In this document: positions 30,322 through 36,248 of the stretch, piece by piece
How positions within the stretch are numbered: position 1 is the stretch's first letter
Layout: each line of letters opens with the position of its first letter
Origin: Gammaproteobacteria bacterium
GTDB taxonomy: Bacteria; Pseudomonadota; Gammaproteobacteria; BTQY01
Direction of reading: 5' to 3'
NCBI GenBank assembly: GCA_036986115.1
Contig: BTQY01000003.1
Location: 9,091-73,090 of the forward strand
DNA: 64,000 nucleotides
Translations under genes and position numbers: made by a program
The notes under the pieces: model-generated
Seen by the model: only the letters and a program-made list of their open reading frames with translations
Told to the model about the DNA's origin: nothing
The model's database searches: none

Positions 30322-30527
30322 GGTGCCAAGTACGAATGGCACTTAGTTAAAAACTGTCATTCCGGGCGCAACGAAGTGGAGACCCGGAATCCAGGGTGTT
30401 TACATCATGCGCTTTCTGGATTCCGGCCTTCACCCCAAGGGCACTTGGTCACTTTGTTCGGGCGCGCCGGAATGACGGCATTTACTGCATTATAGGTCTT
30501 AACTAAGCGCCATTCGTGCCAGGTACC
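30322..30527. mobile_element. About 206-bp nested-palindrome (MITE/REP-like) element
   Basis: The outer arms GGTGCCAAGTACGAATGGCACTTAGTTAA (30322-30350) and TTAACTAAGCGCCATTCGTGCCAGGTACC (30499-30527) are imperfect inverted repeats. The inner arms are GTCATTCCGGGCGC / GCGCGCCGGAATGAC and CCCGGAATCCAG / CTGGATTCCGG. No ORF is present. Confidence 0.6.
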
Positions 30528-30687
30528 ATTTAATTCCAAATATTAGCGAAAAACGCCGCCTGGTAACGATTTCCCCCGATTTCTGCAATCAAATGCCTGT
30601 CTCGCTCGTTTCTATAGGTGAAGGCCGGTTGCGGCGTTGTTTCAGGGCCGGTCCCACACAAGCTACGATTCATGAGAGGATAAAAAC

Positions 30688-31092
30688 ATGAGAAATCAAA
30701 TCAAACAAATGCTGATCACGGCGGCACTGGTGCCCCTGTTCCTGGCGAGTCTGCCCAGCTGGGCGGCGAACGATCCGTCGATCAAGGGAAATCTGCGCAC
30801 CAATATCAAAGCGAGCATGTCTGAATTCATCAACGGCCAGACCGTCGGTCAAACCTTTCGCATCTATGATCCAGTGGAAGACAAAATGTATAAACTCAAG
30901 CTCGATAAGCTGCATGATGGCATTGTCAAGAAGGGAGACTTCTACGTCAGCTGCGCCGATCTCGTGGATGCGAAGGGACGCAAGTTCGACCTGGACTTTT
31001 TGGTCCTCTCAGACGGTAACAAGCTGGTCGCCACCCAGGCGGTGATCCACTCTGTGGACGGCAAGAAACGCAAATATCATCTGGAAAACTGA
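30688..31092 (+). CDS. Small secreted protein of unknown function (first gene of the ECF module)
   Basis: Signal peptide MRNQIKQMLITAALVPLFLASLPSWA with AGAGGA SD. It ends 19 nt before the ECF sigma gene. Confidence 0.6.
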   Translation: MRNQIKQMLITAALVPLFLASLPSWAANDPSIKGNLRTNIKASMSEFINGQTVGQTFRIYDPVEDKMYKLKLDKLHDGIVKKGDFYVSCADLVDAKGRKFDLDFLVLSDGNKLVATQAVIHSVDGKKRKYHLEN

Positions 31093-31111
31093 CCTCGGTC
31101 GGGAGAACGAA

Positions 31112-31618
31112 ATGCGGGATCCCTCTGATGATATTCAGGAACTTCTCCAGAGTGGATTCCGCTACGCCCTCTCTCTAACACATGATGCATCCCGTGCCGA
31201 GGATCTGCTGCAGGAGGGGTGGGTCTCCGTGCTCCAGGCAAAGGGCCCGCATCAGCGCGGTTATCTGTTTGCCGCCATTCGAAGTCGTTTTATCGACGCT
31301 TGCCGCCGCGAGCGACGGGTGGTCTTCGAGGCGTTGACTGACGCCAATGAGCTCGGTATGGAAGGCGATCTGCAGTCTACCGGCAGCGAGGCCCCGGTCT
31401 TCGCCGACACAGCAACGCTGAACCGCGCGCTTGCCACACTGCGGCCCGCAGAGCGGGAGATGTTGTTCCTTGCGGACGTGCAAGAATATACCGCACAGGA
31501 AATCGCCGATCTGACGGGACGTCCGCGCGGGACGGTCCTGAGCCTGATTCATCGGGCCCACCGCAAACTGCGTAGTCTTCTGAAACAAGGAGAAGGAGGA
31601 AGGTCTTGTCGTGAATGA
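31112..31618 (+). CDS. ECF (group 4) RNA polymerase sigma factor
   Basis: Region 2 is DLLQEGWVSVL..RGYLFAAIRSRFIDACRRE. Region 4 is EREMLFLADVQEYTAQEIADLTGRPRGTVLSLIHRAHRKLR. Confidence 0.85.
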   Translation: MRDPSDDIQELLQSGFRYALSLTHDASRAEDLLQEGWVSVLQAKGPHQRGYLFAAIRSRFIDACRRERRVVFEALTDANELGMEGDLQSTGSEAPVFADTATLNRALATLRPAEREMLFLADVQEYTAQEIADLTGRPRGTVLSLIHRAHRKLRSLLKQGEGGRSCRE

Positions 31619-32261
31619 ACAACGCTTAAGTGAACATCTTAGTCAGTATTACAACAGCAAGCGGCTTTCGTCCGAGACGCTTGCACGCCTGACGGCGATG
31701 GTGGAGAGCAGCTCAACGGGCGTGGACAGGAAAATGAAAGCGCCACCCACTGCCTGGCGTCTCTGGCCTCGAATCTGGACCAGCGGTGGTTTGCTCGCCA
31801 CCACGTTAATTCTCCTGATTGCCTTTATCGGTGTGTTTTCGCTCGGGCGCATGATTGGGGAGGGACCGGGCCCCGGGTTGACGGGCGCGAGCCTGACCGA
31901 GGCGATCGCCAAAGAGATTGCACGCAACCACCATAAGCAGGAGAAGGTGCAGTTTGCTGTCAGGAGTTACGCGGAATTGCGCAAGAAGATGCCGAGGCTC
32001 AATTTCCCTACCATTGCCTCAGCCCGGGTTGATCCTAAACGACTGCGGCTACTCGGCGGGCGTTACTGCTCAATCCGCGGTCAAATCGCCAATCAAATCA
32101 AATTGAGGGATGAGAAGGGCCGGATCCATACTTTGTATGAAACCCGTGCCTCTGATGCCGTCGCCGGATTCACCGAAGGGGAGTTGCAAATTGACGGCCT
32201 TCGAATCTCGATATGGCGCGAGTCGGGGCTGTTGTTCGGGCTTGCCAGCCCGCAGGATTAA
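31611..32261 (+). CDS. Putative single-pass anti-sigma factor
   Basis: GTG start overlapping the sigma stop by 8 nt. It has a short cytoplasmic N-domain, a TM helix LLATTLILLIAFIGVFSLG, and an extracytoplasmic domain of about 130 aa. No HxxxCxxC ZAS motif is present. Confidence 0.6.
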   Translation: MNEQRLSEHLSQYYNSKRLSSETLARLTAMVESSSTGVDRKMKAPPTAWRLWPRIWTSGGLLATTLILLIAFIGVFSLGRMIGEGPGPGLTGASLTEAIAKEIARNHHKQEKVQFAVRSYAELRKKMPRLNFPTIASARVDPKRLRLLGGRYCSIRGQIANQIKLRDEKGRIHTLYETRASDAVAGFTEGELQIDGLRISIWRESGLLFGLASPQD

Positions 32262-32282
32262 AATGCGGCCTGATACCGGTTT

Positions 32283-32888
32283 CTATGCCAGTAACATGGC
32301 GGGCGAGTGTTCCAGTTGTAATTTAATTATTCTCAACCACATTGCCAGCTTGGGTTGCAGATGGGTGACGAGTTCCAGTTCTTCCTGTATGAGAGATTCC
32401 GGGGGTTGTCTAATAACTTTATTATCGCCAAATATCAGGCGAAAGAACTTACCGGTTAAACCATCCGCGGTGGGGATCGGCATCACAAACGGGCTCAGTT
32501 CAAAGCTCTCTTCCTGTGTCAGGCGTGCCCCGCCAAGGATTGGATCGACGGTAAGCCGGACTTTAAAGCGCGGATCGGTATCCGATTCAGTCTCAAGTAT
32601 GTTTCCCGGTACGTACTCCGTACAAATACTGCGATGCTCACTTAAGTGACCTTCAATTATCTGCCGATGACAAAAAGTGGTTCCGATTGAAATCGGTCCC
32701 CGGGTCTCTTTTATTAAATCAAGCACACGAGCATACGGATTCAGCCTTGATCGAAACCCAACATTTTCAACAAGCATGAAAACGAAAAAGGGTTCCACCA
32801 TAATGTCTACAGACGCTGCAAAATGAACCATTCTATATCCCTCCATGGCAATAACTTTATTGCGCCAAACCAGACCTGTCACTATCAA
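32283..32888 (-). CDS. Hypothetical protein, possibly SRPBCC/START-fold
   Basis: 201-codon ORF in a lower-GC stretch with balanced composition. The opposite-strand ORF is Ser/Cys/Arg-rich and looks spurious. The fold assignment is only an impression from the sequence pattern. The start could be Met15 (32846). Confidence 0.4.
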   Translation of the reverse strand: MIVTGLVWRNKVIAMEGYRMVHFAASVDIMVEPFFVFMLVENVGFRSRLNPYARVLDLIKETRGPISIGTTFCHRQIIEGHLSEHRSICTEYVPGNILETESDTDPRFKVRLTVDPILGGARLTQEESFELSPFVMPIPTADGLTGKFFRLIFGDNKVIRQPPESLIQEELELVTHLQPKLAMWLRIIKLQLEHSPAMLLA

Positions 32889-33011
32889 TTAATGGAGGTC
32901 TACTCAGGGCATCGACCAGTTTGTTTAGAACTTTAGGCAATGGGCAGATGCCCTGATTAAATTCTGTAAAAAACTCAGAATTAATAGGGTCTATAAATAA
33001 AGGGGTTTATG

Positions 33012-33110
33012 GTGTTGGCCGCCCTGATCCCCGGGCCAGAAGTCAGGCTGATCCGTTTCCATGGGCGTGTTCGTCCCCAACAGCAAACAGCGCAAGCCGG
33101 CTTGTCGGGA
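33012..33110 (+). pseudogene. Remnant of the C-terminus of an IS91-family (rolling-circle) transposase, with a frameshift
   Basis: It reads VLAALIPGPEVRLIRFH, then after a +1 shift GVFVPNSKQRKPA. Together these resemble the conserved ..LAALIPxPRxxLxRFHGVFAPNSKxR.. C-terminal block of IS91-type transposases as I recall it. No upstream transposase body is present. Confidence 0.5.
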
Positions 33111-33135
33111 TGGTATTAATGATACGGGAGTACAC

Positions 33136-33168
33136 CGGGTCTCCACTTCGTTTCGCCCGGAATGACAG
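33136..33168. repeat. 33-nt hairpin repeat, an inverted copy of 30353-30385
   Basis: GGGTCTCCACTTCGTTTCGCCCGGAATGACAGT matches the reverse complement of ACTGTCATTCCGGGCGCAACGAAGTGGAGACCC (30353-30385) at 32 of 33 positions. Confidence 0.8.
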
Positions 33169-33231
33169 TGTTAATTGATTGTGGTAATTGATGGGCGTCT
33201 GTAATTTCGCTGCCCGGTGACGGTGCCGGCC

Positions 33232-34410
33232 TTAGCCGCTGACCAGGGCACCATCTTTCCCCTTGAGAATTTGCCGATACAGGCGCTGGGTCTCGTGCAG
33301 GGGTTCCGTGCCAAACTCCCGGGCCAGGACCTGTTCACAGTGGCGGTACTGGAGCAGCGCCAAATCGGGGCGACCGTCCTTCACCAGGTACTCCATAAGT
33401 ACACAATGGATGTTCTCCCGGCAAGGATCGAAAACCAGGGCCTTGCGACAGATGTGTATCGCATGAGCATACTGGCCAAGTTCAGCGTAGCATTCCGCAA
33501 CCCTGGCCAGCATCTCCAGATAAAGTTCATGAAGCCGCGCCCGCTCTTCGGCGCACCAGTCCGAAAACATTTCTTCTTCCATGTAATCGCCCTGATATAG
33601 ATGTCGTGCCTCTCTGTAGCGGCTCAAGGCATCGCACCATTGCCCTTGTTGTTGTAATGCTTGTCCCTCGGCGACGAGCCGTTCAAAGACATCTTTGTCC
33701 ACCCAGATCACATCGCGTCTGAGCAGGTAGGCATTTTCGATCGTTTTCACGGCCTCATCGCTTACGCCATTAATACGCAACTCGCGCCGTAGACAATACA
33801 TGGTAACTTTGAGGCGGCCCCAGCCATGCTTTTCATCGACGCCCGGCCACAGACAGTCGATCAGGCGTTCGCGATGTACCGGGCGGTCAAGCTGAGTAAT
33901 CAGGTATTTCAACAATGTCACGGCCTGTTTGCGCTTCCACTTGCCGACATCAATGCTGTGTCCACCCACCACGATACCGAAACCACCGAGGGTAAATATC
34001 TGCAGCGTATTTTGCTGTGGCTCGGGAGTTGCCGCCGCCCCATCACGGAGAAAAATGATGGCCATGACTTTGTCGGCATACAGACGGCGGGCCCGTCCCG
34101 ACATGGCGACCGAGGCGATACTGGCCATAACCCATTTGCCGCTACGGTGCCGCAAACGGCAGCTGGGCACGCCGTAGGGTATGCAGTTTCGGAAAGACCG
34201 GCAGATATCACAATCGGGGTGACACAGGGGCTCGCCGCCGGGCAGGGTGGCCTGCAGCACATCGCCACAGTACCTGCCAATCGCCTCGGATGCGGTATAG
34301 CCAAGCAAGCGTTGCGCGGGGGCATTCCAGGCCACGATCCTGGCATCGGCGTCGATAGCGAAGGCGGCATCGGAGGCGAATTCAATCAAATCAGCGGCAT
34401 GTGTAATCAC
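33232..34410 (-). CDS. One-component transcriptional regulator: Cys-rich PAS domain + OmpR-type winged helix + BTAD (SARP family)
   Basis: The PAS domain is FAIDADARIVAWNAPAQRLLGYTASEAIGRYCGDVL.. with Cys48/63/67/70/76/84. The winged helix is LQIFTLGGFGIVVGG..KRKQAVTLLKYLI..RERLIDCLWP. The BTAD is VDKDVFERLV..ALSRYREARHLYQGDYMEE..LMEYLVKDGRPDLALLQYRHCEQVLAREFGTEP. GTG start with GAGGG SD. Confidence 0.8.
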   Translation of the reverse strand: MITHAADLIEFASDAAFAIDADARIVAWNAPAQRLLGYTASEAIGRYCGDVLQATLPGGEPLCHPDCDICRSFRNCIPYGVPSCRLRHRSGKWVMASIASVAMSGRARRLYADKVMAIIFLRDGAAATPEPQQNTLQIFTLGGFGIVVGGHSIDVGKWKRKQAVTLLKYLITQLDRPVHRERLIDCLWPGVDEKHGWGRLKVTMYCLRRELRINGVSDEAVKTIENAYLLRRDVIWVDKDVFERLVAEGQALQQQGQWCDALSRYREARHLYQGDYMEEEMFSDWCAEERARLHELYLEMLARVAECYAELGQYAHAIHICRKALVFDPCRENIHCVLMEYLVKDGRPDLALLQYRHCEQVLAREFGTEPLHETQRLYRQILKGKDGALVSG

Positions 34411-34473
34411 TTCGCCTGACCCTCAACAATAAAAAGTCCCTTTTATTCTATAAAGGAAAAAATTGTTCATGCA

Positions 34474-34487
34474 TTGATACACATCAA
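34474..34487. promoter_or_regulatory. Perfect FNR/ANR/Dnr-type box TTGAT-ACAC-ATCAA
   Basis: Exact match to the palindromic consensus TTGAT-N4-ATCAA. Its centre is about 70 bp upstream of the regulator GTG (34410). A TATAGAAT -10-like sequence on the minus strand (about 34446-34453) is spaced roughly as expected for a class II promoter. Confidence 0.6.
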
Positions 34488-34853
34488 TAATTAATATTTA
34501 CTTAGCTAAGCTAATGTTTTTACTAATTTATTCAGGAGCAGACAGCGAGGCTAACAGTTTTATCGAGTGCATACCAGAGGATGATGAAATCGGCAGTGAC
34601 GCGTCAAATTACCCCCCAGACTCCCGCCCCGCCTGTTTCACCAGGGCGGACCATAGTTAATGGAATTCGGCATGTATATCAATAGTCTAAGCCTGTATAA
34701 CGGTCGTTATCTGCGGCGGTTGTGTCACCGGTTGCCCCTGAACACGAATCCCTCACGAAATATGCGGGTTAAAGCGTCAGGCAGGTATCGCGGCGCCGTT
34801 GGCACCATCGTCGCCGGGCCGGCAACTTATCTTCTCCCCCTTCTCACTATTTT

Positions 34854-34872
34854 GTGTCACCGGAGTGTCACC
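34854..34872 (+). promoter_or_regulatory. Tandem direct repeats GTGTCACC-N3-GTGTCACC (11-bp register), a candidate SARP operator at the nar-operon promoter
   Basis: GTGTCACC occurs at 34854-34861 and 34865-34872. A third identical octamer lies at 34722-34729, 132 bp (12 x 11) upstream. TATACA (34882-34887) lies 9 bp downstream of the last repeat. The start codon of the first operon ORF is at 34939. Confidence 0.45.
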
Positions 34873-34938
34873 AGCGCGTGCTATACAGGATCACACTTTG
34901 AGGACAAGGCTGGATTAGGCGCTATGGCCGGAGAACAT

Positions 34939-35181
34939 ATGAAGGTGTCTTTCGTGGCACGTATCTGGCTGGAGCCTGGAAATAATGGGGCCGCAACGTG
35001 GCGCGGGCACATTCAGCATGTTCAGGGCAAAGAGGAAGAGTATTTTCAGGACTTGATGGAAATGCGCGAATTTTTAGGCCGGGTGAGTGGGACAGCGGGG
35101 CCGCCAGTGTCTGCACAACCGCTCAAGGACGTCACGAAATCAGAGCCGGGCACAGTCACTAACATGAAACAGAAGGATTAA
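34939..35181 (+). CDS. Small (80 aa) hypothetical protein, first ORF of the nar operon
   Basis: GGAGAA SD lies 5 nt before the ATG. The product is MKVSFVARIWLEPGNNGAATWRGHIQHVQGKEEEYFQDLMEMREFL.. The longer track ORF (from 34660) would run through the promoter-like repeats, so it was trimmed. Confidence 0.45.
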   Translation: MKVSFVARIWLEPGNNGAATWRGHIQHVQGKEEEYFQDLMEMREFLGRVSGTAGPPVSAQPLKDVTKSEPGTVTNMKQKD

Positions 35182-35317
35182 TCAGAGATACAAATGCACT
35201 TTGATAGAGCAACCAGCATAAGCGGAAAATGGTTTTTTAAAATGGCATGTAAGCACAGCGGGTGCTGGATTCATTTGTTACACGGATCGGGGTCTTAGGC
35301 TTGAAAGGTTGGCAAAT

Positions 35318-36184
35318 ATGATTATCGAACTTACTACGGGTAGATGGCAACTCCCTGCTTTGGGAGCCCTTTTAATGGTTGTCTGGTTGGGGCCGGTACA
35401 AAACAGCAGCGCGGCGGAGCCTGGCGAACGAATTTTTCAAAGTACCTGCTCGGGATGCCATTCTATCGGGGGTGGCAGCATCGTTGGCCCCGATTTGGCG
35501 GGTGTCCATGACAGGCGATCGCAGGCGTGGCTTGAGAAATTTGTAAAATCATCACAATCAGTGATTGCAGGCGGTGATCCCGATGCAATCGCCGTATATG
35601 AAAAATTCAACAAAATCCCCATGCCAGACAGTCCGATAACAGCAGGGCAAATCAAGGAAGTACTGGCATATATTAAAGTGGCGAATACGCCGGGCGAAAT
35701 TCAAGAGGAGGCGAAGGAGCAGGAAAAGGTCGCGTCCAAAGAAGACATAGTCCTGGGACAGAAACTTTTTCAGGGTAAAATCCGTTTTGAGAACGACGGA
35801 CCAACCTGTATCTCCTGTCACGATGTAAAAAATGATGCCGTAATAGGCGGTGGTGTTCTGGCCAGGGAATTAACCACAGTATTTTCTAAAATGGGTGGCA
35901 CCGGGGTACGGGCCATCTTGGGTAAGGCCCCCTTTCCTGTGATGGAGCACGCCTACAAGGACAAGGCATTAAGCGAAACCGAAATATTTTCCCTGGTCGC
36001 TTTTTTGCAGGATGCCGATGAACAACATGCCTATCAACAGCCAAGAGATTACGGCACGGGGCTTCTCCTCAGTGGCATAACAGGCGCATTCATTTTATTT
36101 GGATTTTACTCCCTGCTGTGGTTGCGACGGAGAAAAGATTCGGTAAACCAGAAAATATATGATCGACAGGTCAAGTCTGAATAG
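35318..36184 (+). CDS. Membrane-anchored periplasmic dihaem c-type cytochrome
   Basis: A signal peptide (..VQNSSAAEP), two CxxCH motifs (CSGCH, CISCH) in two class-I-like domains, and a C-terminal TM helix GLLLSGITGAFILFGFYSLLWLRRRK. The gene ends 64 nt before narG. Confidence 0.8.
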   Translation: MIIELTTGRWQLPALGALLMVVWLGPVQNSSAAEPGERIFQSTCSGCHSIGGGSIVGPDLAGVHDRRSQAWLEKFVKSSQSVIAGGDPDAIAVYEKFNKIPMPDSPITAGQIKEVLAYIKVANTPGEIQEEAKEQEKVASKEDIVLGQKLFQGKIRFENDGPTCISCHDVKNDAVIGGGVLARELTTVFSKMGGTGVRAILGKAPFPVMEHAYKDKALSETEIFSLVAFLQDADEQHAYQQPRDYGTGLLLSGITGAFILFGFYSLLWLRRRKDSVNQKIYDRQVKSE

Positions 36185-36248
36185 AAATATAGTTTCACGA
36201 TTTTAGGCTGCGATTAAGCAAGTTTAACCAAAAGAACGGGTATCTATT

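Noticed and set aside
32110-32649. 179-aa plus-strand ORF overlapping the end of the anti-sigma gene and the SRPBCC-like ORF
   Set aside because: Its Ser/Cys/Arg-rich low-complexity translation makes the minus-strand ORF the more protein-like reading.
34660-34938. N-terminal 93 codons of the 173-aa track ORF
   Set aside because: This part has no SD, a Arg/Cys/Leu-rich translation, and contains the GTGTCACC repeats and the -10-like element. The internal ATG at 34939, which has a good SD, is preferred.
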